Part shown: one piece after another, positions 1 through 11,120 of the stretch
Layout: each line of letters starts with the position of its first letter
How positions within the stretch are numbered: position 1 is the stretch's first letter
Origin: an uncultured cyanobacterium
Lineage (GTDB): Bacteria; Cyanobacteriota; Cyanobacteriia; Cyanobacteriales; CAWCAG01
DNA length: 64,000 nt
Assembly (NCBI GenBank): GCA_963803805.1
Contig: CAWDOD010000003.1
Location: 320,001 to 384,000 of the forward strand
Reading direction: 5' to 3'
Notes under the pieces: model-generated
Told to the model about the DNA's origin: nothing
The model's database searches: none
Seen by the model: only the letters and a program-made list of their open reading frames with translations
Program-made: the position numbers and the translations under genes

Positions 1-116
1 TGATCTTTGCGGTGCAACATCATCGTATATTTGCACCAGCTTGCCTGGATTATCCAGCAGATTAGAATTCAAACCACAGTACTATTCTTGTCACTCCGGA
101 TTTTTTTGTTCCGGAG

Positions 117-386
117 TTACTTCAGCGAGAGAAGGTTTAAGAGAAGGTGAAGATACCTTATCCCTTTAGGAAAATCATCTTTATGGTGTTGAAATACTTG
201 ATTACTTGCGAAAATACCGCAATAGTGGCCAATTAGACAATCTTGACCAATTCTCACACTACGACCATTGAGGCTTTAATGCCCAAAGTATAGAGGAACT
301 CCTCCTACCAAAGCTGTTAGGACTCGGTAGCTGCGGTTAAATTTAAAGGAAGAATCTTTCTTGGCCAATAATTCTGAAAGTAGATA
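117..386 (-). pseudogene. Degraded hexapeptide-repeat (LbH) acyltransferase remnant
   Basis: One minus frame reads ...RVLTALVGGVPLYFGH*SLNGRSVRIGQDCLIGHYCGIFASNQVF; the latter part resembles LbH acyltransferase repeats. Internal TAA at 276-278; no start codon at the 5' end of the frame. Confidence 0.35.
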
Positions 387-491
387 TCATACCAATTACA
401 CCCCTGAAATAGGTATCATTCAAATAGACTGGAATTAAAGCAAAACTTTTTGCCCTCGTCAAATATTAATTAAGAATGGTAAAGACTCTGT

Positions 492-3158
492 GTGAATTTT
501 TCTGCAAAAAACTCAGCCCTTGATCTCAAAACACTATTTCCTTTTGAACTAGATGATTTTCAAAAAAGAGCGATCGCCGCTCTCAATGACAATAAATCTG
601 TGGTAGTTTGCGCCCCCACTGGTTCTGGGAAAACTTTGATTGGAGAGTATGCAATTTATCGTGCTTTGTATAGCGGTAAGCGAGTTCTATACACAACTCC
701 CCTGAAAGCACTTTCTAATCAAAAGTTAAGGGACTTTAGGAAACAATTTGGGGAGAGGGAAGTTGGTTTATTAACTGGGGATGTCTCTAGCAACAGGGAA
801 GCCTCGGTTTTGGTGATGACCACAGAAATTTTCCGTAATATGCTCTACGGAACCCCCATTGGCCAAGTTGGTACTTCCTTAGAAGATGTCGAAGCGGTGG
901 TTTTGGATGAGTGCCACTATATGAATGACCGCCAACGAGGTACAGTTTGGGAAGAGTCGATTATTTATTGTCCTCCAGAAATTCAATTAGTGGCTCTGTC
1001 AGCTACCATTGCTAATGGAGCAGAATTAACAGAATGGATTGCTCAAGTTCATGGCCCCACAGAACTAATCAACTCCGATTATCGCCCCGTACCCCTGAAA
1101 TTTTATTTTAGTAGTCAAAAGGGCTTATTTGATCTGTTAGATAAGCAACAAAAGTCTTTAAATCCTCGCCTCAAATCGAAAAGAAAAGGAGGGCAAAAGC
1201 GCTTAAGAAGAGAAGACTGTCCTGGTGTATTTCAAACAGTATCTCAGCTTTACAAACGGGAGATGCTCCCAGCAATTTACTTTATTTTTAGCCGTCGAGG
1301 TTGCGATCGCTCCGTAGAAGATTTTAGTGAGGTAACTTTGGTTAACCCTGAAGAAGCCTCTCGTCTCAAACTTCGCATTGATGAGTTTCTAAAGCAAAAT
1401 CCTGATGCGGGGAGAAAAGGTCAAGTGGGAGCATTATATCGAGGTGTTGCTGCCCACCATGCAGGCATCCTTCCCGCTTGGAAAGGGTTAGTAGAAGAAT
1501 TGTTCCAAGCTGGCTTAGTTAAGGTTGTCTTCGCCACAGAAACCCTAGCTGCGGGGATTAATATGCCTGCCCGCACCACGGTAATTTCTTCTATCTCCAA
1601 GCGTACTGATCGCGGTCATCGCCTCTTAACAGCTTCGGAATTTCTCCAAATGGCTGGTCGGGCAGGACGTAGGGGCATGGATACTGTAGGTTACGTGGTA
1701 ACTTGTCAAACTCCTTTTGAAGGAGCTAAAGAATCAGCCTACTTAGCAACAAGAAAACCAGACCCCTTGGTAAGTCAGTTTACCCCTACCTATGGCATGG
1801 TTTTGAATTTACTTCAAACCCATAGTATTAGCCAGGTACAAAACCTCCTAGAAAGAAGTTTTGCTCAATATATTGCCACCTTAAGGTTAACCCCCCAACA
1901 AAAGGCGATCGCTGATTTAGCTACAGAATTAGCCAGGTTGGATGTGGAGTTAGCCCCCATAGAAGTTAATTTAATTAGCAGCTACGAAAAACTGAAAGGA
2001 AGACTTAAAGAAGAACGTCGCCTCCTCAAAACCCTTAAGCAACAAGCAGAAGCAGAACGTTTAAAAGATATTGCCTCAATTGCCACAGGATTAGAACCAG
2101 GACAAATAATTTATTTAAAAGGTAAACACCTCAAAGTAAATAAGCCTGTAATCGCCATTTTAATCGCTAAAGCTATCGGAGGAGGTCAAGCCCCTTATCT
2201 TGTCTGTTTAGGTAGAGATAACCACTGGTATATAGTCAGTAACATTGATGTTATCGCCATAGATGAACAATCCCTACCTTCTTCTCAAATAGAATGGTTA
2301 ATTCCCCCAGACAATTTGGGCATCAAATTAGGCAAATCTTGTCCTGGAGACGAAGTTAGTGCCGAAGTCGCCCAACTACTGCCTTCAAAAGCGGAACCAA
2401 AAATTCCTGAAGTACCAGAAGTGTTTGCTCAGCAGCAAAAAATGGCTGCTACCCAAGCCCAAATTGACAATCATACCCTTAGTCAATGGGGCCGTCCGGG
2501 AACCATCGTTAAGCGCCACAAACGCCGCCTTAGCCTCCAAGAAGAAATATCTGACCGACAAAGTAAATACCGAGAACATCAAACCCATCATTGGCAGGAG
2601 TTCCTTAACTTAATTGATGTTCTCCAAGCTTTCGATGCTCTTAAAGGTTACAATCCTACTCCCCTGGGTAAGGCAGCAGCAGCTATTAGAGGAGATAATG
2701 AGTTATGGTTGGCTCTAGCCCTTAGATCAGGAGAATTAGAACAACTAGAACCTCAACATCTAGCGGCCGCAGCTTGTGCCTTAATCAGCGAACCACCCCG
2801 CCCAGATAGTTGGGTAAAATATACTCCTCCCCAACAAGTCATTGAAGTTGTGGGTAACTTGCGTCCCTTGGGACAGGAACTGATCCAACTTCAATATCGT
2901 TATAAAGTTGCTCTCCCGGTTTGGCGAGAATATAAACTAATTGGCATTGTCGAACAATGGGCGTTAGGCATTGAATGGGTTGAACTTTGCGATGGTACAA
3001 GTCTTGATGAAGGAGATATTGTCAGAATCTTACGGCGAACCGTCGATTTTCTCTCGCAAATTCCTCATATTCCGGACATATCCGGAGATTTAAAGAAGAA
3101 TGCCCGTAGAGCAATCCAATTAATGGAGAGATTTCCCGTGTCAGAAATTGTTGATTAA
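492..3158 (+). CDS. Ski2/HelY-like DEAD/DEAH-box RNA helicase
   Basis: APTGSGKT Walker A, DECH, SAT, QMAGRAGRRG motif VI and a C-terminal DSHCT-like region (DEGDIVRILRR). Confidence 0.93.
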   Translation: MNFSAKNSALDLKTLFPFELDDFQKRAIAALNDNKSVVVCAPTGSGKTLIGEYAIYRALYSGKRVLYTTPLKALSNQKLRDFRKQFGEREVGLLTGDVSSNREASVLVMTTEIFRNMLYGTPIGQVGTSLEDVEAVVLDECHYMNDRQRGTVWEESIIYCPPEIQLVALSATIANGAELTEWIAQVHGPTELINSDYRPVPLKFYFSSQKGLFDLLDKQQKSLNPRLKSKRKGGQKRLRREDCPGVFQTVSQLYKREMLPAIYFIFSRRGCDRSVEDFSEVTLVNPEEASRLKLRIDEFLKQNPDAGRKGQVGALYRGVAAHHAGILPAWKGLVEELFQAGLVKVVFATETLAAGINMPARTTVISSISKRTDRGHRLLTASEFLQMAGRAGRRGMDTVGYVVTCQTPFEGAKESAYLATRKPDPLVSQFTPTYGMVLNLLQTHSISQVQNLLERSFAQYIATLRLTPQQKAIADLATELARLDVELAPIEVNLISSYEKLKGRLKEERRLLKTLKQQAEAERLKDIASIATGLEPGQIIYLKGKHLKVNKPVIAILIAKAIGGGQAPYLVCLGRDNHWYIVSNIDVIAIDEQSLPSSQIEWLIPPDNLGIKLGKSCPGDEVSAEVAQLLPSKAEPKIPEVPEVFAQQQKMAATQAQIDNHTLSQWGRPGTIVKRHKRRLSLQEEISDRQSKYREHQTHHWQEFLNLIDVLQAFDALKGYNPTPLGKAAAAIRGDNELWLALALRSGELEQLEPQHLAAAACALISEPPRPDSWVKYTPPQQVIEVVGNLRPLGQELIQLQYRYKVALPVWREYKLIGIVEQWALGIEWVELCDGTSLDEGDIVRILRRTVDFLSQIPHIPDISGDLKKNARRAIQLMERFPVSEIVD
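570..577. repeat. HIP1 octamer GCGATCGC (one example of many copies in the window)
   Basis: GCGATCGC recurs throughout coding regions; characteristic of cyanobacteria. Confidence 0.9.
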
Positions 3159-3300
3159 ATTTTCCTTAATAGCTAACAGCTAACTGATAATTTATAATTC
3201 CTATGAACTAAATGTTTTAATGATCAATGTTAAATGATCAATGATACAACCAGGGTCGCAATTAGCTAGATTTGATTAACTTTTGTGAGGAGACAAATAA

Positions 3301-5952
3301 GTGCCAAAGACAACAGCAAGAGTAGTTTACTGTGTCTTAACTGCTATCATTTGCAACCTAATTCCTGACATTGCAGGGGCAGAATCAGGGAGGCTAGGAG
3401 TAATTAAAAGTCAAGATAATGCGGGACAATGGACGGGTATTACTAGTCGTCTTCAGACTACTGGAGTAGACTATTGCATAATTGAGCAGGATAATTGGCA
3501 AGATAGCGCAGATTTAGCAGGAATTAAAGCCCTTTTTATCCCTAACATCGAAACATTAAGTGCTACTCAAGTCGTTACCCTCCAAAAATGGCTAGATCGC
3601 GGTGGCAAAATTATTGTTAGTGGCCCGGCGGGTAGCCTTTCTCAGCCCCAAGTTCGTACTCAACTGCGATCGCTATTGGGAGCTTATTGGGGTTTTTCCC
3701 TCTCCTCCCCCGCTACCCTAGACCCTTTACAAGTCAGGCAAAATCAATGGTTGGGGAGCAGACAGTTAACTGGCACTATTCGGGGTGGAGTAGTTATTCC
3801 TTCCGGTGCCAATAGTACAACTGCGGCGGTTTGGCTGGCCGATGAAACTCGTCCTGCGGTTGTGGTCACTGATCGTTCTACTTTTTTAGGTTGGCGTTGG
3901 GGAGTTGATACAGCCTCTGATGCTGACTTAGACCAAGCTTGGCTAGAAGCTGCTTTGAGCCGCTACGGACAATTTGCTTCAGCAAATAACAATGCTACTC
4001 CTGAGTTTTGCAACTCTACAACTGCTAGTGAAGGTAATCCTGACGGTTGGTTGGAAGCAAGGCCCCCTACTCAAACAAATACTCCGGCAGTTCCTCCCTC
4101 AACTCCCCCTCCCTCCCCCAACCTCAACAGACCTCCAGCTAGGGTTTCACAGCCCCGTAGCCCTGCTATTCCTGATAATTCCAGGGAGCTTACCCCCCAA
4201 CAAATTCGGACAATGGAGCGAGAATTGCTCGGTTTGATTGGACGTTTTGAAACGGCATTGTTAGCGGCTGATGCTATTGATAGCAACATTAACTCACCCA
4301 TTACTCAAACCATTGAGCGCTACACTAATACAGCTAATAAAAGTAGTGGAGTTGCTCAAAATACCCTTACTACTCCTGCCCACAGTGCTTTGGCCGAGGC
4401 GAAAAGAGGACTGCAAAGCTTTCTTGGTTATGCAAAGCAAGGTAAATACGACTTAGCTCAAAGAACCTGGCAGCAAGCCCGTAACCAATTATGGAACAAT
4501 TACCCTACAGACCGCAAGTTAGTTAGTGCAGAAATTCGTGCTATTTGGTTAGATCGGGGAACCATTGTCAAAACTCGCTCTGAAGCAGATTTAGCCAAGA
4601 TTTTTGACCGCCTTGCTGCTGCGGGTATTAACACTGTCTTTTTTGAAACTGTTAATGCCAGCTATCCGATTTATCCTAGTAATGTTGCTCCCGAACAAAA
4701 TCCCTTGGTTAGGGGCTGGGACCCTCTTAAAGCAGCGGTTAAGTTAGCCCATGAGAGGGGGATGGAACTTCACGCTTGGGTGTGGATTTTTGCGGCGGCT
4801 AACCAAAGACACAACGCCATTCTAAATCAACCCGCAGACTATCTTGGCCCTGTATTAACAAAACATCCTACCTGGGCTGGTACAGACAAAGAAGGAGAAC
4901 CTTTTCAACGCAATACCTACAAAGCCTTTTTTGATCCAGGCAACCCAGAAGTACGCACCTATCTATTATCCTTGCTCTCAGAAATCGCCACTAACTACAA
5001 TGTAGATGGCATTCAATTAGATTACATCCGCTATCCTTTTCAAGACCCGCAAACAGATTTGCTCTACGGTTACGGAGTAGCTTCCCGCCGGGAATTCTAT
5101 CAAATGACAGGGACTGATCCAGTGCAAATTAGTCCTAGGGATACTGCTCAATGGTCGAGGTGGAATCTCTTTCGAGTCCAACAAATAGACAACTTTGTAG
5201 CAGCAGTAGCGCAAATGTTGCGGCAAAAGAAACCCGATTTAACTATATCAGCCGCAGTCTTTCCCATAGAGAGGAAAGAACGCCTGGATAAAATTCAGCA
5301 AAATTGGGAAATTTGGGCAGAAAAAGGTTACATTGATTTGATGATGGCTATGAGTTATGCTGAAAACACTGATGATTTAGAAAATATCACCCAGCTTCTG
5401 TTCCGCTACACTCCTAAAAGTTCTACCCTACTGATACCAGGAATTCGTTTGTTAGGTCTACCCAAAGAAGTAGCTGCGGATCAGGTTCAATTATTGCGTA
5501 ACTCTCCAACTCCAGGCTATGGTTTGTTTGCTGCGGAAAACCTTGATTCTAGCTTTGCCAACATCCTCAGACTGACTCAAGGTGGTGCAACAAGTAAGAC
5601 TGAGCCAATCCCCCATCGCGAACCTTTTAAGGCGGCCATGTTCCGTTATCAAAGTTTGCAGTTGCAATGGAATTTCCTCCTTTCCCACAATCAATTAGCG
5701 ATGGACGCAGAGGCGATGAAAGAATGGGCTACCCAGGCTGATAGTTTAACTCAAGCCCTGCAAACCCTAGCAGAAGATTCTTCCCGTCCGAATCTGCTCT
5801 TGGCAAAAGCAAATTTGGCAGCCTTTCGGGGCTTATTTCGTAACTGGATGAAGCAACAAACTGCTACAACTCCTTATCAGGTGGAGGTTTGGGAAAATAC
5901 CTTGGCAACAGTGGAAGGGTTGTTGTTGTATGGAGAGAGGCAGGGTGATTAG
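3301..5952 (+). CDS. Secreted glycoside hydrolase-like family 10 (GHL10/DUF187) protein
   Basis: Signal-peptide-like N-terminus; EIRAIWLDRG, AHERGMELHAW and DGIQLDYIRYP motifs; Pro-rich linker. Confidence 0.85.
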   Translation: MPKTTARVVYCVLTAIICNLIPDIAGAESGRLGVIKSQDNAGQWTGITSRLQTTGVDYCIIEQDNWQDSADLAGIKALFIPNIETLSATQVVTLQKWLDRGGKIIVSGPAGSLSQPQVRTQLRSLLGAYWGFSLSSPATLDPLQVRQNQWLGSRQLTGTIRGGVVIPSGANSTTAAVWLADETRPAVVVTDRSTFLGWRWGVDTASDADLDQAWLEAALSRYGQFASANNNATPEFCNSTTASEGNPDGWLEARPPTQTNTPAVPPSTPPPSPNLNRPPARVSQPRSPAIPDNSRELTPQQIRTMERELLGLIGRFETALLAADAIDSNINSPITQTIERYTNTANKSSGVAQNTLTTPAHSALAEAKRGLQSFLGYAKQGKYDLAQRTWQQARNQLWNNYPTDRKLVSAEIRAIWLDRGTIVKTRSEADLAKIFDRLAAAGINTVFFETVNASYPIYPSNVAPEQNPLVRGWDPLKAAVKLAHERGMELHAWVWIFAAANQRHNAILNQPADYLGPVLTKHPTWAGTDKEGEPFQRNTYKAFFDPGNPEVRTYLLSLLSEIATNYNVDGIQLDYIRYPFQDPQTDLLYGYGVASRREFYQMTGTDPVQISPRDTAQWSRWNLFRVQQIDNFVAAVAQMLRQKKPDLTISAAVFPIERKERLDKIQQNWEIWAEKGYIDLMMAMSYAENTDDLENITQLLFRYTPKSSTLLIPGIRLLGLPKEVAADQVQLLRNSPTPGYGLFAAENLDSSFANILRLTQGGATSKTEPIPHREPFKAAMFRYQSLQLQWNFLLSHNQLAMDAEAMKEWATQADSLTQALQTLAEDSSRPNLLLAKANLAAFRGLFRNWMKQQTATTPYQVEVWENTLATVEGLLLYGERQGD

Positions 5953-6056
5953 TTAAGATTAAATCCGTTGTTTTGGAGCTGCTTGGCTAAACAATTTTGA
6001 GAAATAGGCTACAGTATTTATAGTTGTGGTGACCGTAGCCTAAAGAGTTTGAGCAA

Positions 6057-6443
6057 CTACTTAAACTTTTCTCTAATTGCTTCTACGCGCTGGCGATTAA
6101 CCCCTAAATCTGATTTACCTAAGCGAGAAGCAGAACGGACATGAATCACTTTTGTTCCTTCATTAAGGTAAAATTCAACATCATCTACAAACCCCATTAA
6201 TTTGCTAGTGAATTCAGCATAAAGATAGTTGGAACTTTCTTCAATAATTTTTGCCCTCTCCATTCCTTCCACAACTCCTTTCAACTTCGCCATAGCTACT
6301 TCTGGAGTTGAATCATAGGTGAGAGGTTCAATTTTTTCTTGAGGACGATCACTTTGAGAATTAACACAGTTAGGTGTACCAGGGCAAGGAGTTAGTTTCC
6401 CATCGCGTACCCCTAATTGATTTGGTCTTTTTCCAGAGAACAT
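6057..6443 (-). CDS. DUF1499 family protein
   Basis: PCPGTPNCVNSQ, GFVDDVEF and RSASRLGKSDLGVNRQR motifs; likely start MFSGKRP at 6443. Confidence 0.88.
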   Translation of the reverse strand: MFSGKRPNQLGVRDGKLTPCPGTPNCVNSQSDRPQEKIEPLTYDSTPEVAMAKLKGVVEGMERAKIIEESSNYLYAEFTSKLMGFVDDVEFYLNEGTKVIHVRSASRLGKSDLGVNRQRVEAIREKFK

Positions 6444-6549
6444 ATATTCAATGACCAATGATTCAGTTATCAGTTAGTTAGTTGTAGGGGCGACCTGTTT
6501 CCAAAGTTTTATGGATAACTCAAGGTCAAATTGGAGCGCCCAAGGAATT

Positions 6550-7803
6550 TTAGGGGCGACCTGCCAATTGACTTTCATTGATTAATCTACCCGTAGTTAA
6601 TAATTCTACTGCTTGATGGTATTGAAGATCAGCTTCAGTACCAATTTGTTTATAGGTAATTGGTTCTTGAGAAACGAGCAGATCCGGAGAAATACCTTGT
6701 TTATTAATGTCGGTATGGTTGGGAGTTTCATACTTAGCTACGGTTACAGCTATTCCTGAACCATCAGGAAGTTCAAATAAAGATTGAATTAAACCTTTAC
6801 CAAAAGTTTTCTCTCCTACCAGCTTTGCCCTACCATTGTCTTGCAACGCACCAGCAAGAATCTCACTAGCGCTGGCTGTACCTTGATTGACCAAAAGAAC
6901 TAATGGTTCATCAGTAATAGCGGAACCATGAGCAACAAAACTATCTAGCATCCCTTGGCGATTTACCGTATAGACCACAGTACCATCATCTAACCAAAGA
7001 CGAGCAATTTCAATCCCGGCTTGCAGTAGCCCCCCCGGATTATTACGCAAATCTAATAAATAGGCATCTGCCCCTTGCTTGTCTAAATCAGCGATCGCCT
7101 TAGCTAATTCTTGAGTGGCGTTGGCGCTAAATTGATTGAGGCGAATATAACCAATAGGAAGGCCTTCATGGCTATTATCTAAAAGGGCAGAAACGGGATT
7201 AAGAGCAATGCGATCGCGGATAATCTCCACATCTCTACTTCGTTGGGTTTCTGGAGATTGAATCGTTAAAGTTATCTGTGTACCAATTTTTCCTCGCATC
7301 GCTGTAGCCGCTTCATCCAAGGTTAAATTAGAAGTCTCTACTCCATCAATAGCTAAAATAGTATCTTTAGCTTGAATACCCGCCTCTTCAGCCGGAGAAC
7401 CAGCAATAGGGGACACTACCTGCAAAACCCCTGTTTCTGAATTAAGGTCAATTTGTAAACCAACCCCAGATAATTCTCCTGAAGTATTCACTTGCAAACT
7501 ACGATACTGTTCTGGCCGCAATAATCGTGTAAAAGGATCATCAAGACTAGCTAGCATTTCTTCAATAGCGGTATAGGCATCTTCGCGTTGCTTAAATCTC
7601 TGTTTCAAATACTTCTGCCGTACAAACCACCAATTTTGGCCATTAAAAGTATCATCTACATAAGACTGATTAACAATTCGCCAAGATTGTAAAAATAACT
7701 TCTGTTCATCGGTAAAAGCAGAAGCAGTGGGCATCCACCAAAAATTAGCACAAATGACAACAACAATGAGCAGAATTTTGACCCAAAAAGCTCGTTTTGG
7801 CAT
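6550..7803 (-). CDS. ctpA: C-terminal processing peptidase (D1 processing, S41)
   Basis: PDZ domain; DLRNNPGG, TASASEI and GEKTFGKGLIQ motifs; divergent from petB as in other cyanobacteria. Confidence 0.9.
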   Translation of the reverse strand: MPKRAFWVKILLIVVVICANFWWMPTASAFTDEQKLFLQSWRIVNQSYVDDTFNGQNWWFVRQKYLKQRFKQREDAYTAIEEMLASLDDPFTRLLRPEQYRSLQVNTSGELSGVGLQIDLNSETGVLQVVSPIAGSPAEEAGIQAKDTILAIDGVETSNLTLDEAATAMRGKIGTQITLTIQSPETQRSRDVEIIRDRIALNPVSALLDNSHEGLPIGYIRLNQFSANATQELAKAIADLDKQGADAYLLDLRNNPGGLLQAGIEIARLWLDDGTVVYTVNRQGMLDSFVAHGSAITDEPLVLLVNQGTASASEILAGALQDNGRAKLVGEKTFGKGLIQSLFELPDGSGIAVTVAKYETPNHTDINKQGISPDLLVSQEPITYKQIGTEADLQYHQAVELLTTGRLINESQLAGRP

Positions 7804-8013
7804 GGGGAGTAAAATAACTTTTCTGTTAACAGTACCTTAAATGTACAAAATTATAGATAATTAGGTAATTATCCAGTTAGGAAAGCACTCCTAGCTGAGA
7901 ATTTTGTTACGATAAGTGAAGAGGTAAAACAAGTTTTAATCTCAGCATAGAACTATTATTTTTCCTCTATGCTCTTATATTCCTGCCAAACGTTTTAGTG
8001 TTAAAACTCACAA

Positions 8014-8682
8014 ATGTTCTCTAAACAAATAACGAACACCAAACCATATAAATGGTTCGATGAACGCCTGGAACTACAGGCTCTCGAAGAAGACATTACT
8101 AGCAAATATGTACCACCCCATGTAAATATTTTTTATTGCTTGGGTGGCATTACTCTAGTTTGCTTCATTATCCAGTTTGCCACTGGTTTCGCCATGACCT
8201 TTTACTACCGCCCTACGGTAACTGAGGCATTTTCTTCTGTGCAGTACATCATGAATGAAGTCAACTTTGGTTGGCTAATTCGCTCTGTTCATCGCTGGTC
8301 TGCCAGTATGATGGTCTTGATGATGATTCTGCACACTTTCCGAGTTTATCTCACCGGTGGTTTCAAAAAGCCTCGCGAAATGACTTGGATTAGTGGTGTC
8401 ATTTTAGCGGTTATCACCGTCACCTTTGGGGTAACAGGTTACTCCCTACCTTGGGATCAAGTAGGTTACTGGGCGGTTAAAATTGTTTCCGGTATTCCTG
8501 AAGCCATTCCTGTAGTTGGTTCTACAATGGTGGAATTACTGAGAGGCGGAACTAGTGTTGGTCAAGGAACCTTAACTCGTTTTTATAGTCTCCACACCTT
8601 CGTTTTGCCTTGGTTAATTGCAGTCTTCATGTTGTTCCACTTCTTGATGATTCGCAAACAAGGTATTTCTGGTCCTTTATAA
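8014..8682 (+). CDS. petB: Cytochrome b6
   Basis: [23 protein letters not shown] and C-terminal RKQGISGPL. Confidence 0.99.
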   Translation: MFSKQITNTKPYKWFDERLELQALEEDITSKYVPPHVNIFYCLGGITLVCFIIQFATGFAMTFYYRPTVTEAFSSVQYIMNEVNFGWLIRSVHRWSASMMVLMMILHTFRVYLTGGFKKPREMTWISGVILAVITVTFGVTGYSLPWDQVGYWAVKIVSGIPEAIPVVGSTMVELLRGGTSVGQGTLTRFYSLHTFVLPWLIAVFMLFHFLMIRKQGISGPL

Positions 8683-8693
8683 ACTGCTGTTAA

Positions 8694-8728
8694 AAAGGGT
8701 AAAGGGTAAAGGTTAAGGGGTAAAGGGC
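8694..8728. repeat. Heptameric STRR tract (AAAGGGT)n
   Basis: aaagggt aaagggt aaaggtt aaggggt aaagggc; a similar tract lies at about 30503-30533. Confidence 0.75.
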
Positions 8729-8835
8729 AATTTTTAGCCTCAAAAATTATCCTTCAACTTACATTCTTTATCCAGTATTAGTAAGCTTTTTACTAACTGC
8801 TGATCGAAAGTTAATTAAGGAGAAAACCCACAACA

Positions 8836-9318
8836 ATGTCAACTCTAAAAAAGCCGGATCTCACAGATCCTCTACTAAGGGCAAAACTAGCCAAAGGCAT
8901 GGGTCATAACTACTATGGCGAACCTGCTTGGCCTAATGACCTACTTTATGTTTTCCCGATTGTTATCGCCGGAACTATCGGTCTTTGTGTTGGTTTAGCT
9001 GTTCTTGACCCTGCTATGGTAGGAGAACCTGCTAACCCTTTCGCGACTCCTCTAGAAATTCTTCCTGAGTGGTATTTGTATCCCACCTTCCAAATCTTGC
9101 GCGTTCTACCGAACAAATTACTAGGAATTGCTGCTCAAGCGAGCATTCCTTTAGGTTTAATACTCATACCTTTTATTGAGAACGTCAATAAGTTCCAAAA
9201 CCCTTTCCGCCGTCCTGTAGCTACCGCAGTATTCCTATTTGGAACGATAGTTACTTTATGGTTAGGTGCTGGTGCAACCTTCCCCATTGATGAATCTTTG
9301 ACTTTGGGTTTGTTCTAA
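8836..9318 (+). CDS. petD: Cytochrome b6f subunit IV
   Basis: [15 protein letters not shown] and PEWY motifs. Confidence 0.99.
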   Translation: MSTLKKPDLTDPLLRAKLAKGMGHNYYGEPAWPNDLLYVFPIVIAGTIGLCVGLAVLDPAMVGEPANPFATPLEILPEWYLYPTFQILRVLPNKLLGIAAQASIPLGLILIPFIENVNKFQNPFRRPVATAVFLFGTIVTLWLGAGATFPIDESLTLGLF

Positions 9319-9348
9319 AACTAAGATTCAAACTAATTTCTGAATTTC

Positions 9349-9407
9349 TCAACGCCTGGGATTGCCTCTTCTTACTAGCGATAGAAAAAAGCAGTCCCAG
9401 GCGTTGA
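9349..9407. terminator. Hairpin between convergent petD and a hypothetical gene
   Basis: 17-bp stem TCAACGCCTGGGATTGC / GCAGTCCCAGGCGTTGA with one G-U pair. Confidence 0.65.
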
Positions 9408-9417
9408 TTATCAATTA

Positions 9418-10224
9418 TCAACTACCCTCAAACCAGCTAGATCGCCATGCTGACTCTGCTTCAGCGATCGCTTTTACTTGTTGCTTCTTTTTATATTGCT
9501 TGCGTATTTGCTTAAGCTTTCCCTTTAAACTACGGAGGCTGCTGCGTTCTGCATTAAGGGGAGGATGGGCAAATTCTATTTCTGATAAGCGCAGGTTAAT
9601 TGCCGTAATTGGGGTTGGTATTCCTTCTATTTCGTTTTCTTCTGTTTCCACTTCCACCAACAAATTAATAATATTCGGTGGTCCACTTCCGGGGGCATTT
9701 GCTTCTTCTGCTTCTACAGCCGCTTCTAAAACCTTCATAGGTATGTGTTTTTGGAGGATGCTTTTTTCTAATAACAAACGATTAGTTTCTTGAGAGGCAT
9801 TTTGCAATAAATCCACAATACCTTTTTCCAAGTAAGCAGACCAAAGCATTAACTTATCGGGAAGCTTATCTTGAAAGTTAATATGTTCTACTTCAGCATT
9901 ATTGTTTTCTTTCTCTTCTTCTGGAGAGGGTGAAGATTGAGAAGAGACTTCTAATAAAGCAAGTAAGTTAGCCTGGGTTTGCTTCGCTATTTGTTGAATA
10001 CTTTGTTGTAGATTCTGTCGTTGAGTTACTGATAAATGCAAAAATGCTTCAGGATAAGCTTGAGTACAAACTTGATAGCTAGCTAAGACCAACTGTCTTT
10101 GTAAACACTCTCCTAACAGAGTCAAGTATTTACTATAAATACCTTGTAGCTCCTCTGCTAAATCAACTATTTTCTTTTCTAATGTTGCTATATCGTGTTC
10201 AATTTGCTTAAGTTGTTTAGCCAT
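9418..10224 (-). CDS. Conserved cyanobacterial coiled-coil hypothetical protein
   Basis: 268-aa ORF with C-terminal AEAESAWRSSW; lies downstream of tsf. Confidence 0.75.
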   Translation of the reverse strand: MAKQLKQIEHDIATLEKKIVDLAEELQGIYSKYLTLLGECLQRQLVLASYQVCTQAYPEAFLHLSVTQRQNLQQSIQQIAKQTQANLLALLEVSSQSSPSPEEEKENNNAEVEHINFQDKLPDKLMLWSAYLEKGIVDLLQNASQETNRLLLEKSILQKHIPMKVLEAAVEAEEANAPGSGPPNIINLLVEVETEENEIEGIPTPITAINLRLSEIEFAHPPLNAERSSLRSLKGKLKQIRKQYKKKQQVKAIAEAESAWRSSWFEGS

Positions 10225-10343
10225 CTGCGATGTGGAGAGATTGGAAGTGGGGAGGTAAGGGAAGGAACCTTAGCCCTTTACCCCAACCTTCGGAACTGCT
10301 AAAAAAAACGGGTCATTTACTTCTTACCAGTTTGTTCAGTTAC

Positions 10344-10976
10344 TTATTCAGCAGCGTTGCTTTCTTCTTTTTCAATGCCTTCCCCCAAAACGAAACGATT
10401 AAAGCGGCGTATTTGGATATTTTCTCCTAGCAAAGCAATTCCTTGTTTAACCAGTTCTTCTACCGTGATACTTTGATCGCGGATATAGGGTTGATCCAAC
10501 AAAGATATCTCTTTCAAGCGCTTACCAATTCTACCTTGGACAATTTTTTCTTTAAGTTCATCGGGTTTGCCTTTCATATCATCCCGACCTTTCTCAATGT
10601 CCTTTTCCCGATTAACTATTTCTTCGGGAATATCATCTACTTTGACATATTCCACATTGGGACAAGCAGCAACTTGCATAGCAATATTGCGTACTAGGGT
10701 CTTAAACTCCTCATTCCTAGCAACAAAGTCTGTTTCACAGTTAACTTCTACTAATACCCCAATACGCCCTCCTGTATGGATATAGCTATCCACCAGCCCT
10801 TCTGCGGCGACGCGCCCACCTTTTGTTTCAGCAGAAGTAATACCTTTCTGCCGTAACCATTGAGTCGCTTTTTCGATATCACCATTGTTTTCTTTCAGCG
10901 CTTTCTTGCAATCCATCATGCCAGCGCCAGTTTTATCTCGTAGTTCTTTAACCAGTTTTGCCGATATTTGTGCCAT
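10344..10976 (-). CDS. tsf: Elongation factor Ts (C-terminus shortened by an early TAA)
   Basis: [19 protein letters not shown] and EVNCETDFV motifs; follows rpsB. Confidence 0.98.
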   Translation of the reverse strand: MAQISAKLVKELRDKTGAGMMDCKKALKENNGDIEKATQWLRQKGITSAETKGGRVAAEGLVDSYIHTGGRIGVLVEVNCETDFVARNEEFKTLVRNIAMQVAACPNVEYVKVDDIPEEIVNREKDIEKGRDDMKGKPDELKEKIVQGRIGKRLKEISLLDQPYIRDQSITVEELVKQGIALLGENIQIRRFNRFVLGEGIEKEESNAAE

Positions 10977-11120
10977 CTTATTTTTAATTCCTACTTGATC
11001 ACTAAAACTTCGGAAAGGAAGTTTGGCTAGTTGCTAGTTGCGGTGCGACTCCCCATGGGCAGTAAGACGCAAGGGAACGCGCACCGGTTGTTAAGTTGAG
11101 AGTACTAAACTAGTTGAAGT

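Noticed and set aside
9362-9793. 143-aa plus-strand ORF and similar antisense ORFs (e.g. 25060-25452, 42838-43107, 59133-59411)
   Set aside because: They are antisense to well-supported genes and have no recognisable motifs.
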